NCBI GenBank assembly: GCA_023390415.1
Contig: JAEWCW010000212.1
Span: 13,751 to 77,750, forward strand
From: Pseudomonadota bacterium
GTDB taxonomy: Bacteria > Pseudomonadota > Alphaproteobacteria > Sphingomonadales > Sphingomonadaceae
Length of the DNA stretch: 64,000 nucleotides
Direction: 5' to 3'
In this document: piece by piece, positions 20,082 to 29,253 of the stretch
How positions within the stretch are numbered: the first letter of the stretch is position 1
Layout: each line of letters opens with the position of its first letter
Program-made: the position numbers and the translations under genes
Notes under the pieces: generated by a model
Seen by the model: only the letters and a program-made list of their open reading frames with translations
The model's database searches: none
Told to the model about the DNA's origin: nothing

Positions 20082-21295
20082 CGAACGATCTCCAGGCCAC
20101 GAAAACGCATCGTCACCGTCGTCGGAACGTCACCGGCTTCGGCGAGCAGCCGCAACCGCTGACCAGCACAGCCCGCCGGGACCGTGAAACGGACCTGCAT
20201 CGGCCTGAAAGCCGCGGTCGCCGACGCAAGCTCCGCGCGCGCAAGTTCCGGCGAGCCGGCTTGGCAGGCGAGGGTCCAGGTGAGCCGGGAAGCCCCCGAC
20301 GCGCCTTCGCCCGCCACGTCGAAGCGGAGCGTGTAACTCCCCGCCTGCAGCGCGAGCAATTGCTCCGCGAGGACGGCGTTGCTGCCTCCGAAATAGTCGG
20401 CATAGAGGTAGGGTTGCGGGCTTCCCGCATCGCGGATCTCAGCGCGACCGACGTCGGTCGCCTGCAGCGACCACCCGAAGGGCGCGTCCACGGCCCTGCC
20501 TGCAAATCGCGGATTCGCCATCAGCAGATTTGCGGCCCTCTCCTCGCGCGGCAACGTCCCCAGCCAGATCTCGCGCGCACGCGCAATCTGGCCATCTCCG
20601 ACGAGCGCCGACATGAACAGCTCCCGCTCCAACCGTAGATCGGCGTCCGGCCGGCGGGCGCGCACTTCCTGCATCAGCGAATAGGCCTGATCCGGAGTCA
20701 CCCCCTGCCCGCGCGCAATGGTGAAGAATGCCGGGCGCCAGGCCGGATTGCGGGCGAGCGCATCGGCCAGCAACCGGCGCCCCTCCGGCACCCGCACAAG
20801 CTTTGCGAGCTCGACCATCGCCGGTTCGAGCGCTTGTTGCCTCAGCAAAAGAGCCATTTCGAGCTCGTGGAGCCCGTCGGCGAGACGGCCCGCGCGGGTG
20901 TAGTAGCTGGAAAGCTGGAGGCGAGTCGGCATGAAGCTGCGGCGCCGGCGCCTCGCCTCCTCCATCAATGAGATCGCCTGACGCAAGTCGCCCCGTTGAT
21001 CGGCCGCGAGCGAGGCAATGAAGAAGGGCTCGAAGGCGAGCGGCTCCGTCACAGCAGTCTGTTGGACGAGAGCGTGGACATCGGGCGTCACCCGGCGACC
21101 CGGCGCGAGCATTTCGTACAGTCTCAAGCGGAGGAATCCCGAATGCTCGGCAGGCGGCAAGGCCGCCGCGAGAGGATTCGTCGCCGCCAATGCCGTCCGA
21201 ACGACCAGATAGAGGATCCCGATCGCAAGAAGGGTAGCCACGACCGCGGGAATGCGGTCGCGCAGCCGTACCGAACGCCTCCTGTTGCTCCCCAC
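20078..21295 (-). CDS. Hypothetical membrane-anchored protein with helical (TPR-like) region and beta-rich C-terminal domain
   Basis: N-terminal TM segment; coupled between wzc and the ligase-like gene; C-terminus NPRF..PFGW..EQLLAL..G.YTL..C..F.VPAGC.GQRLRL. Confidence 0.7.
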   Translation of the reverse strand: MGSNRRRSVRLRDRIPAVVATLLAIGILYLVVRTALAATNPLAAALPPAEHSGFLRLRLYEMLAPGRRVTPDVHALVQQTAVTEPLAFEPFFIASLAADQRGDLRQAISLMEEARRRRRSFMPTRLQLSSYYTRAGRLADGLHELEMALLLRQQALEPAMVELAKLVRVPEGRRLLADALARNPAWRPAFFTIARGQGVTPDQAYSLMQEVRARRPDADLRLERELFMSALVGDGQIARAREIWLGTLPREERAANLLMANPRFAGRAVDAPFGWSLQATDVGRAEIRDAGSPQPYLYADYFGGSNAVLAEQLLALQAGSYTLRFDVAGEGASGASRLTWTLACQAGSPELARAELASATAAFRPMQVRFTVPAGCAGQRLRLLAEAGDVPTTVTMRFRGLEIVR

Positions 21296-23458
21296 TTACG
21301 CGCTCTTCAGAAGCTGGATCTGCCTCTTAGGCTTGTCACCCTCACGATAGGCGTAAGCGTCCTCGCCATAGCCGTAGCCATAGCCGTAGCCATAACCGAA
21401 CTTCTTGGCGCTGAACTTGGTCAGAATGCCTCCAAGGATGCGCGCGTCGACGGCCCTCAGTCGATTCACCGCATTGAGGGCGGCGGTGCGGCGGATCGAG
21501 CCCGCCTCGATCACGAACACCGTGCCTTCACAAAGCGAGGCCACCAAGGGCGAGTCCGCGAGCCCGAGCACCGGCGGTCCGTCGATGACGACATGATCGA
21601 ACATCTTCGAGACCCGCTCGAGCAGCGGCTCGAACCGTCCGCCTGCCAGAAGCTCGGCAGGGTTCGGCGGAATGCGACCGGCCGACAGAAGGAAGAGACT
21701 TTCGAGCGTGGTCGGGCTGATCGCCGCCTCGACATTGTCCGAACCGGCCAGGAGGCTTGACAGTCCCTCGCCGTCCGGATCGCCGCGGAAGGTCGGCTTA
21801 CGAAGATCGGAGTCTATGAGCAGCACCGACCATCCGAGCGTCGCCAGGGAATGGGCGATCGACAGCGCCGTCGTCGATTTGCCTTCGCTTGCGCGCGTGC
21901 TGGTCACGAACAACGTCTTGGGGACGCCATGATCGGTGGCGAACTGGAGGGCCGTGCGAACCGACTGGTAGGCCTCCGAAAGCTCCGAGCGCGAATCCTG
22001 GAGCTGCTCCTGGACATCGGCACTCTTGCCGGCCGAAGGTATGACTCCGAGCGCAGCGATCCGAAGCTTGGAGGTGAGGTCCTCGGGACTCTTGATCGTG
22101 TCGTCCATCCATTCGAGCGCGAATGCCGATCCAAAGCCGAGCACCAAGCCGCCCAGCAGGCCGATGAGGATGTTCAGAGGCAAGTTAGGCTTGAACGGCG
22201 ACCCCGGCACTTCGGCACGATCGACGATCGAGATGATGTTGACCCCGACACCGCCCGCGACGCCGACTTCCTTGTAGCGCTGGAGCAGCGCGTCATAGAG
22301 GGCGCGGTTGGTATCCACCTCGCGCTGGAGGATCGTATATTGGATTGAGCGCCCACGAAGATCGAGGAGGCTCGAGCGGAGCCCGTCCACCCGCGCCTGC
22401 AATTGGCTTTCCCGGGCGCGCGCTGCTTCGACTTCGTTGCGAAGCGATGAGTTGACCGTCTGGGTCGCTTGAGCGATTTCCCGGTCGAGCGCCTCGATGC
22501 GGTTCCGCAGATTGACCATCGTCGGATAGTCCGGGCGAAAGACCCCCAGCTTTTCCTGATACTCAGACTGGAGCTGCGCCCGCTGCGAGGTCAGGGCCTG
22601 GACCGTCGGGTTGCCGATCGCCTCGGTCGTAGCACCGCCGCCCTGGGTCTGTCGGAAGCGTTCCTCGGCAGCGATCCGCTCCGTCCGCGCCCGCTGAAGC
22701 GCTTCATTGGCCTGCGTGATGGACTGCGCGTCGAGGGTCTGTTCCGACCGGCCGCCCTGCCCGCTGCCGCTGTCGATGTTGAGCGTGACGATGCCCTGTT
22801 GCTGGGCGTAGGCCACGAGCTGGCGTTCGGACTGCTCCAGTCGCGCACGGATCGTGTTGATCCGCTGCTCAAGATAGTTGCGTGCGTAGGAATTCGCCTC
22901 GTAACGCCGCTCGAGGTTGGTGCGGATGAACACGTCGGCATAGGCGTTGGCGATCCGCGCGGCCAAAGCCGGATCCGAGTGGACGACGCGCAGCCGGATG
23001 AGGCGGCTGTCGCGAACCGGCTCGACCTCGAGCTCTCCTGCCGACTGCTCCTGAAGGTTGAGTCCGCGCTGCACGCGTTCCGAGACGCTCCGGCTCTTGA
23101 TCAGGCCAATCTGGGTGTTGACGAATTCGCGGTCCTGAGGCGCCGGAGCCTGCAGTTCACCCACCTGGACGGGGCGATCCGCATCGCGATTGACCTCCAC
23201 AGTCGTTTCGGCCCGGTATAGGGGCTGGATCATCAGCGAGGCGGCGATGGCGATCAGGACGCAAGCGAGGACGATCGCGGCGATCAACCACCACCATTTG
23301 GCGATGACGCGCCAGATCTCGGCGGCGCTGACCGTCGCTCGACCTGCGGGCGCTTCGCCGGCGAGGGCGAGCTCACGCAGGCCAGTCGCCGGCACGAATG
23401 ATTCGTCGCGCACAAGCGCAACGGATCTTGGTGGGAAGCCCCCGCTCTGCTCGTTCAT
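21296..23458 (-). CDS. wzc: Polysaccharide co-polymerase / BY-kinase Wzc
   Basis: Two TM segments around a coiled coil; EAYQSVRT, Walker A STRASEGKST, IDSDLRKP, IPPNPAELL, IDGPP; C-terminal GYGYGYGYGY tyrosine cluster. Confidence 0.92.
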   Translation of the reverse strand: MNEQSGGFPPRSVALVRDESFVPATGLRELALAGEAPAGRATVSAAEIWRVIAKWWWLIAAIVLACVLIAIAASLMIQPLYRAETTVEVNRDADRPVQVGELQAPAPQDREFVNTQIGLIKSRSVSERVQRGLNLQEQSAGELEVEPVRDSRLIRLRVVHSDPALAARIANAYADVFIRTNLERRYEANSYARNYLEQRINTIRARLEQSERQLVAYAQQQGIVTLNIDSGSGQGGRSEQTLDAQSITQANEALQRARTERIAAEERFRQTQGGGATTEAIGNPTVQALTSQRAQLQSEYQEKLGVFRPDYPTMVNLRNRIEALDREIAQATQTVNSSLRNEVEAARARESQLQARVDGLRSSLLDLRGRSIQYTILQREVDTNRALYDALLQRYKEVGVAGGVGVNIISIVDRAEVPGSPFKPNLPLNILIGLLGGLVLGFGSAFALEWMDDTIKSPEDLTSKLRIAALGVIPSAGKSADVQEQLQDSRSELSEAYQSVRTALQFATDHGVPKTLFVTSTRASEGKSTTALSIAHSLATLGWSVLLIDSDLRKPTFRGDPDGEGLSSLLAGSDNVEAAISPTTLESLFLLSAGRIPPNPAELLAGGRFEPLLERVSKMFDHVVIDGPPVLGLADSPLVASLCEGTVFVIEAGSIRRTAALNAVNRLRAVDARILGGILTKFSAKKFGYGYGYGYGYGEDAYAYREGDKPKRQIQLLKSA

Positions 23459-23476
23459 TGATCGTCTGTCCGAAAA

Positions 23477-24199
23477 TTAGGGAATAAGGGGCGCAAAATA
23501 GCCCAGGACCGGAAGCGTCGAAACGATCTCGCGCCAGACCGAACGGACACGCTGCCCGTCAACCACGATGATATCGTTGCCGTAGATCGTGGGGTCCTCA
23601 GACTCCGCGCGGCGGATCGAGCGCATATCGAAGGCCGCGGCCATGCGCTGGCCGTTGATTGTCCGGAAGACGACGACGCGAGCCGGATTGGCGTCGTCGG
23701 ACATGCCCCTGGCGAGCGCGACCGCCCGCATCAGGGTGGTCGTGCCGCGAATCTCAACGACGCCGGGCTGCCGAACCGAGCCATCCACCGTGATGGTGTG
23801 CTGACTCTGCTCGGAAATGGCGACCTGGACGTTCGGCGATTGAAGGTAGCGCTGCGACAGGCGCTGCGCGATCAGGGTCGACAATTCGCTGGGCAGAAGA
23901 TTCTGAACCTCGAGCTCGCCGATCAGCGGATATTGGATCTTGCCCTGAGCATCGACCTGGAACTCGCCGGATAGCTCGGCCACCTGAAAGACGGTGATGC
24001 GCAATTTGTCGAGCGGACCGATCCGCTGCTGCGCGGGAGACGGCGACAATGTCTCGACGTCCGGTGCAGCGAAGCCCGCCGGCTCATAAGGAACGCTTCC
24101 GCCGCGAGACGCGCAGGCAGAAAGCGTCGCGGCCAGCCCCATCACACCGAGCACCGCCAGAATTTGGCGTACAGCGCCATTGAAACGAATTCTGGTCAC
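23477..24199 (-). CDS. wza: Polysaccharide export lipoprotein Wza/OPX
   Basis: Lipobox LSAC; IGPLDKLRITVF, G.IQYPLIG, YLQSPNVQV, TVDGSVRQPG. GTG start is approximate. Confidence 0.88.
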   Translation of the reverse strand: MTRIRFNGAVRQILAVLGVMGLAATLSACASRGGSVPYEPAGFAAPDVETLSPSPAQQRIGPLDKLRITVFQVAELSGEFQVDAQGKIQYPLIGELEVQNLLPSELSTLIAQRLSQRYLQSPNVQVAISEQSQHTITVDGSVRQPGVVEIRGTTTLMRAVALARGMSDDANPARVVVFRTINGQRMAAAFDMRSIRRAESEDPTIYGNDIIVVDGQRVRSVWREIVSTLPVLGYFAPLIP

Positions 24200-24425
24200 G
24201 AGTGTCTCACCCCAAAAACCAATCGACCATGTACACGATAGCATCCGAGGGTCAAAGCCTCGCCGAACCGCTTCCCCTGCGTTTTCCGCATCTTGGCGCC
24301 GCCGCCTGTGCAGGTCGACGCTTGGCTGCGGCGTTTGCCACGCCCATCGAACCCCGTCCAGACTTATCCTTGCGCATTTTGGCCGGCACACAATATCGCG
24401 ACAGATCAGAGATGAGGTCGAATTC

Positions 24426-25214
24426 GTGCTGAAGCGTTTGTTCGGAGGATCGAAGAAGGCGAAGGGCGGTCCGCCGAACCTTCGTGCCTATGCCATTGGC
24501 GACATTCACGGCCGGCTCGACCTTCTGCGCCAGCTCATTCAGCAGATCGAGGCCGACAATTCGGCGCGTCCGCCCGCCCGAACCTATCTGATCTTCCTGG
24601 GTGACCTGATCGACCGGGGCCCCGATTCCAAGGGCGTGCTGGACTTTTTGATCTCGGAGCGGTTCGATTTCGCGACGACGATCTTCCTGAAGGGCAATCA
24701 CGAGGAGTTCTTCCAGCGCGTGCTGGAGGGCGAGGAGAGCGGCGTGCTCGACTGGCTGACCTATGGCGGCTTCGAATGCGCCGAGAGCTACGGCGTCAGC
24801 CGCGGCTCCACTCTCAATGCCACGCCCGGCGGGATCGTCCGCCGCCTGCAGGATGCGGTTCCTGCGGCCCATCGCGACTTTATCCAGAACATGGCCGACA
24901 CTTTTCGCTTCGGCGACTATGTGTTCGTCCATGCAGGCATCCGGCCGGGTGTCGCGATCGAGGAGCAAAGCCCGAAGGATCTCCGCTGGATCCGCGACGG
25001 GTTCCTGGATTGCAGCAGCGATCACGGCTGCATCGTCGTCCACGGCCACACCATCGTCGAACGCCCGGAACAGCATTCGAACCGGATCGCGCTGGATACC
25101 GGCGCCTATCGCAGCGGCGTCCTGACCGCGCTCGGCCTCGAAGGAACCGAACGCTGGTTCATCCAGGCCGTCGCCGACGCTCATGGAAGCGGGCACGCGG
25201 CCTTGGCAATCTAA
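24426..25214 (+). CDS. PPP-family metallophosphoesterase
   Basis: GDIHG, LGDLIDRGPDS, GNHE, VHAG, HGHT, DTGA motifs in order. Confidence 0.9.
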   Translation: MLKRLFGGSKKAKGGPPNLRAYAIGDIHGRLDLLRQLIQQIEADNSARPPARTYLIFLGDLIDRGPDSKGVLDFLISERFDFATTIFLKGNHEEFFQRVLEGEESGVLDWLTYGGFECAESYGVSRGSTLNATPGGIVRRLQDAVPAAHRDFIQNMADTFRFGDYVFVHAGIRPGVAIEEQSPKDLRWIRDGFLDCSSDHGCIVVHGHTIVERPEQHSNRIALDTGAYRSGVLTALGLEGTERWFIQAVADAHGSGHAALAI

Positions 25215-25272
25215 GGCTGCACGGATAAGGCGCGCGCTTCCGCAGTTTTTTCGCCTCCGGACGCCACGCTCA

Positions 25273-26268
25273 ATGACCACGCTCGTCACCGGCGCTGCCG
25301 GATTCATCGGATTTCACGTCGCGTCCCGGCTGATGGCGCGCGGCGACCGCGTGATCGGCCTCGACAACGTCAACGATTATTACAGCACGCAGCTCAAGCG
25401 CGACCGGATCGCCGAGCTTCGCCGCGGCCACAACAGCTTCGATTTCCTCGAGGTGGATTTCGCCGACGACAGGGCGCTCGAGGCGGCGCTGGCCGGCAAG
25501 GAGTTCGACCGGATCGTCCATCTCGGCGCCCAGGCCGGCGTGCGCTATTCGATCGAAAATCCGCGGGCCTACGTCCAGTCCAACCTGGTCGGCCACCTCA
25601 ATTTGATGGAGATCGCCCGCCACCGCGGCTCCTCGCACCTCGTCTACGCCTCCTCCTCCTCGGTCTATGGCGGAAACGACACTTTGCCGTTCCAAGTCGA
25701 GGACCGGGTCGATCACCCGCTCTCGCTCTACGCCGCGACCAAGAAGGCGGACGAGCTGATGAGCGAGACCTACGCCCATCTCTACCGGCTGCCGCAGACG
25801 GGCCTACGCTTCTTCACCGTCTACGGGCCCTGGGGCCGGCCGGACATGGCGATGTGGCTATTCACCAAGGCGATCCTCGCCGGCGAGCCGATCAACGTCT
25901 TCGGCGAAGGAAACATGCGCCGGGACTTCACCTATATCGACGACATCGTCACCGGCGTGGTCGCCGCGCTCGACAACCCGCCGCCCGACGATGGCGCGGA
26001 GAAGGCCGGCGGCAGCAAGGGGCCGCATCGCCTCTACAATATCGGCAACCACCGCTCCGAGGAGCTGACCCGGATGATCGGCCTGATCGAGCAGGCCTGC
26101 GGGCGCGAGGCGGAGAAGGTGCTGATGCCGATGCAGGCCGGCGACGTCCGCGACACCTATGCCGACATCAGCGCCATCCAGCGCGATCTCGGCTTCCAGC
26201 CGACCACCGCGATCGACGAAGGCGTGCCGAAATTCGTCGCCTGGTACCGGGATTATCACGGCGTCTGA
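25273..26268 (+). CDS. UDP-glucuronate 4-epimerase family SDR
   Basis: LVTGAAGFIG, HLGAQAGVRYS, ASSSSVYG, YAATKK, RFFTVYGPWGRPDMA, MQAGDV. Confidence 0.9.
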   Translation: MTTLVTGAAGFIGFHVASRLMARGDRVIGLDNVNDYYSTQLKRDRIAELRRGHNSFDFLEVDFADDRALEAALAGKEFDRIVHLGAQAGVRYSIENPRAYVQSNLVGHLNLMEIARHRGSSHLVYASSSSVYGGNDTLPFQVEDRVDHPLSLYAATKKADELMSETYAHLYRLPQTGLRFFTVYGPWGRPDMAMWLFTKAILAGEPINVFGEGNMRRDFTYIDDIVTGVVAALDNPPPDDGAEKAGGSKGPHRLYNIGNHRSEELTRMIGLIEQACGREAEKVLMPMQAGDVRDTYADISAIQRDLGFQPTTAIDEGVPKFVAWYRDYHGV

Positions 26269-26273
26269 AGCGG

Positions 26274-26302
26274 TTGACTTGGGCGGCCCTGAAGCGCAGC
26301 TT
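26274..26302 (+). promoter_or_regulatory. Candidate sigma70 promoter for the leader-phhA transcript
   Basis: TTGACT (26274-26279), 17 nt spacer, CAGCTT (26297-26302); predicted start at about 26309-26311, next to the leader ATG. Confidence 0.45.
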
Positions 26303-26310
26303 GGCATGAG

Positions 26311-26418
26311 ATGACGAACGCAGCCCATCCCTTCAGCGATTACCGCGCCTCCGGCGCGGCCGCTGCCGCTGCGCTCTACTATTACGTCTATCGCACCGCC
26401 CGGGCGGGACCGATCTGA
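26311..26418 (+). CDS. Putative tyrosine-rich attenuator leader peptide (35 aa)
   Basis: MTNAAHPFSDYRASGAAAAAALYYYVYRTARAGPI*; TAC TAT TAC GTC TAT at 26377-26391; below the ORF-track length cutoff. Confidence 0.8.
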   Translation: MTNAAHPFSDYRASGAAAAAALYYYVYRTARAGPI

Positions 26419-26449
26419 CGCGCTGATTTCAAGGCCTGTTCACCGATCG

Positions 26450-26485
26450 AACCCCGTCCGGACCTGCCGGGCGGGGTTTTCTTTT
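26450..26485 (+). terminator. Intrinsic terminator (attenuator) upstream of phhA
   Basis: AACCCCGTCCGG-ACCTG-CCGGGCGGGGTT stem-loop followed by TTCTTTT, ending 18 nt before the phhA ATG. Confidence 0.85.
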
Positions 26486-26503
26486 GCACCCGAAGGAAGC
26501 CCT

Positions 26504-27355
26504 ATGTTCACCGACTTCACGCTCGACGCCGTCGACCGCCCAGCAACCGACTGGACGATCCCGCAACGCTGGGACCGGTTCACGCCGGAGGACCATCGGG
26601 TCTGGGACCTGCTGTTCGCGCGCCAGCAGGAGATGCTTCAGGGCCGCGCGGTCGAGGCCTTCTGGGAAGGGCTCGACGTCCTCCACCTCTCCCGCCCCGG
26701 AATCCCGGAGTTCGGCGAGCTCAACGCGCGGCTGTCCGCACGCACCGGCTGGACCGTCGTCTCGGTCCCGGGGCTCGTCCCGGACGACGTCTTCTTCCGC
26801 CATCTCGCCGAGCGGCGATTCCCGGCCGGCAACTTCATCCGCTCGGCCGACCAGCTCGACTATCTCGAGGAGCCGGACGTTTTCCACGACGTGTTCGGCC
26901 ATGTGCCGCTGCTCGCGATCCCTGCGGTCGCCGACTTCATGCAAAAGCTGGGTCAGCTCGGCCTCGAGGCGCTCGCCCGCGGCGACATGCACCGGCTCGC
27001 CCGGCTCTACTGGTACACCGTCGAGTTCGGGCTGATGCGCGAGGCCGAAGGCCTGCGCATCTTCGGGGCCGGAATCCTTTCCAGCTTGGGCGAATCGCAC
27101 TATTCGATCGAGAGCGAGACGCCGCTGCGCGCGCCGTTCGAGCTCAAGCGGGTCCTGCGCACCCGCTACCGCAGCGACGCCTTCCAGGAAGGCTATTTCG
27201 TCATCGAGAGCTTCGATGCGCTGCTTCGACTGGTCGCGGAGGCGGATTTCCCGGGCCTGTGTAATGCGCTTCGGGGCGCCCCCGATCTCGTGCCCGGGGG
27301 ACGGCCGCGTCAGATAGTCCAGCGCTCCACGCTGGGAAATTCGCGGCCGCGATAG
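26504..27355 (+). CDS. phhA: Phenylalanine 4-monooxygenase
   Basis: LDYLEEPDVFHDVFGHVP (Fe-binding His pair), RLYWYTVEFGL (Glu ligand), GAGILSS; SD AAGGA upstream. Confidence 0.93.
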   Translation: MFTDFTLDAVDRPATDWTIPQRWDRFTPEDHRVWDLLFARQQEMLQGRAVEAFWEGLDVLHLSRPGIPEFGELNARLSARTGWTVVSVPGLVPDDVFFRHLAERRFPAGNFIRSADQLDYLEEPDVFHDVFGHVPLLAIPAVADFMQKLGQLGLEALARGDMHRLARLYWYTVEFGLMREAEGLRIFGAGILSSLGESHYSIESETPLRAPFELKRVLRTRYRSDAFQEGYFVIESFDALLRLVAEADFPGLCNALRGAPDLVPGGRPRQIVQRSTLGNSRPR

Positions 27356-28575
27356 AGGTTCTTGAGGTCGGCAAGCAGGCCGCCCTCCGCAACCAGGCCC
27401 GTGACCTCGGCATCGGCCAAGGCCCCATATTCGGTATGCGGCACCGCCACGAGGACAGTGTCGTAGGCACCGCCAAGAGCGCCAGATGCCAGCTCCAGCC
27501 CATATTCGTGGTGCGCCTCGGCGGGGTCGGCGAGCGGATCGTGGACGGTGACCTCATGGCCGAGCGCCTCCAGCCGGCGGATCACGTCGATCACCCGGCT
27601 GTTGCGCAGATCGGGCACATTCTCCTTGAAGGTGAGGCCCATCACCAGCACCGAGCCGGGAACGCCGCGCTTCGCGTGAATCTGGTCGGCGACCCACCCC
27701 CCCATGCCGTCGTTGATCGAGCGCCCCGACAGGATGACCTGGGGATCGAGCCCGAGCTGCTGGGCGCGGAAGCTGAGATAATAAGGATCGACGCCGATGC
27801 AGTGGCCGCCAACGAGGCCGGGTTGGAATTTCAGGAAGTTCCACTTGGTCCCCGCCGCCTCGAGCACGTCCCACACCGAGATGTCGAGCTTGCCGAAGAT
27901 CTGGGCGATCTCGTTCATGAACGCGATGTTGATGTCGCGCTGGGCATTCTCGATCACCTTCGCGGCCTCCGCCGCCTTGATCGACGCGGCGCGGAAGACC
28001 CCGCCGGTCGTGACCGCGCCGTAGACGTCGGCGAGCAATTCGGTGACCTCGTCATTCTCGCCGGCGATCACCTTCTGGATCTTGTCGACCGTATGCTCCC
28101 GGTCCCCCGGATTGATCCGCTCCGGCGAATAGCCGAGGAAGAAGTCGCGGCCCCGCTTCAGGCCGGACACCTCCTCGAGCAGCGGCCCGCAAATCTCCTC
28201 GGTGACCCCGGGATAGACGGTGCTCTCATAGACGATGACCGGCTGAAGGGCGGGATCGAGCAGTGCGGCGACGGCGCGCGTGGCGCCGATCACGGGCTTG
28301 AGGTCCGGCTTGCACTCGGCATCGACCGGGGTGGGCACGGTGACGATGTAGAGATCGCCAGGCTCCAGCCCCTCGACGCTGTCGGTCAGGGCGAGCCGCG
28401 ACTCGGCGAGCGCGTCCCGCGATATCTCGCGGGTCCGGTCGTGGCCGGCCCGAAGCTCTTCGATGCGCCCCGAATCGATGTCCAGGCCGGTCACGCGGAA
28501 GCTCTTGGCGAGCGCGACCGCCAGCGGCAGGCCCACATAGCCGAGGCCGATCACGACGATATGGTTGGCGGTCAT
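27310..28575 (-). CDS. UDP-N-acetylhexosamine 6-dehydrogenase (WbpO/TviB-like)
   Basis: IGLGYVGLPLA, VPTP, YESTVYPG, YSPERINPGD, AKVIENAQRD, PGLVGGHCIGVDP, TFKENVPDLRNS. Confidence 0.92.
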   Translation of the reverse strand: MTANHIVVIGLGYVGLPLAVALAKSFRVTGLDIDSGRIEELRAGHDRTREISRDALAESRLALTDSVEGLEPGDLYIVTVPTPVDAECKPDLKPVIGATRAVAALLDPALQPVIVYESTVYPGVTEEICGPLLEEVSGLKRGRDFFLGYSPERINPGDREHTVDKIQKVIAGENDEVTELLADVYGAVTTGGVFRAASIKAAEAAKVIENAQRDINIAFMNEIAQIFGKLDISVWDVLEAAGTKWNFLKFQPGLVGGHCIGVDPYYLSFRAQQLGLDPQVILSGRSINDGMGGWVADQIHAKRGVPGSVLVMGLTFKENVPDLRNSRVIDVIRRLEALGHEVTVHDPLADPAEAHHEYGLELASGALGGAYDTVLVAVPHTEYGALADAEVTGLVAEGGLLADLKNLYRGREFPSVERWTI

Positions 28576-28650
28576 GTCCTGCCCTTGGTTCGCATTGTGG
28601 ATGGAGCCCCGCCCCTTTGCGCGGCTTTCAGTCGGAGGCGGGGGCGCTTG

Positions 28651-29253
28651 TCAATCCCGGCGGCCGCGGCGGGGCTCGTCTCGATCCTCCTCCTCGTCGG
28701 CGCGCTCCTCGCCGGGCTCGCGGATGATTCGGGCTGCGGGGCGGGCGGCGAGCCATTCGCGATTCGTGCGGATCAGCGAAGCGGTGAAGGCGCCCGGCCG
28801 ACGGGTCAGGCGCCGCGGCAGCTCGGCGACCATCCCGATCGCCGCCGCAACGTCCGCGATGAAGTGGACGCAATTGCGCCGGTTCAAGCTGTATGAGGGC
28901 TGGCGCTGGGTCCGGTAGCGCTCGACCGTGGCCATCACCGAATCATATTCCGCATCGGTCAGAGTCACGGCGAAATGCGCAGTCCCGTTCCTTATGTAAC
29001 CGTCTCCGGCCGTATCGACCTTGCCGCGAACCGAGCCGAACAGAAGTGCGGGCGTGACATGTGTGGCCGTGAAGCCATAGTTGGTGTCGATTCTGTCGCC
29101 GCCGCGATCGGGCGTGCCGACCAGAGTGACGAATCCATGCGGGAACTGGCTGCCGAACTCGCGGGAATAGAAGGTGATCTCGACCGCGGCGAAGGCCGCC
29201 GAGTTGATCGACATCAACAAGATGGCGACCATCGGCGCCAGAGCCTTGCGCAT
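28651..29253 (-). CDS. Exported hypothetical protein, probable permuted papain-like (His...Asn-Cys) hydrolase
   Basis: Signal peptide MRKALAPMVAILL..AFA; FPHGFV, NYGF, YSLNRRNCVHF. Confidence 0.65.
   Translation of the reverse strand: MRKALAPMVAILLMSINSAAFAAVEITFYSREFGSQFPHGFVTLVGTPDRGGDRIDTNYGFTATHVTPALLFGSVRGKVDTAGDGYIRNGTAHFAVTLTDAEYDSVMATVERYRTQRQPSYSLNRRNCVHFIADVAAAIGMVAELPRRLTRRPGAFTASLIRTNREWLAARPAARIIREPGEERADEEEDRDEPRRGRRD

Noticed and set aside
21364..21397. Tandem GCCATA/GCCGTA hexamer repeat
   Set aside because: Encodes the normal Wzc GY tyrosine cluster; not a CRISPR array or contingency locus.
27310..27355. 46-bp convergent overlap of phhA and the dehydrogenase (similar short overlaps at 49203-49228 and 51473-51483)
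   Set aside because: Short 3' overlaps are common in compact GC-rich genomes; no further signal.
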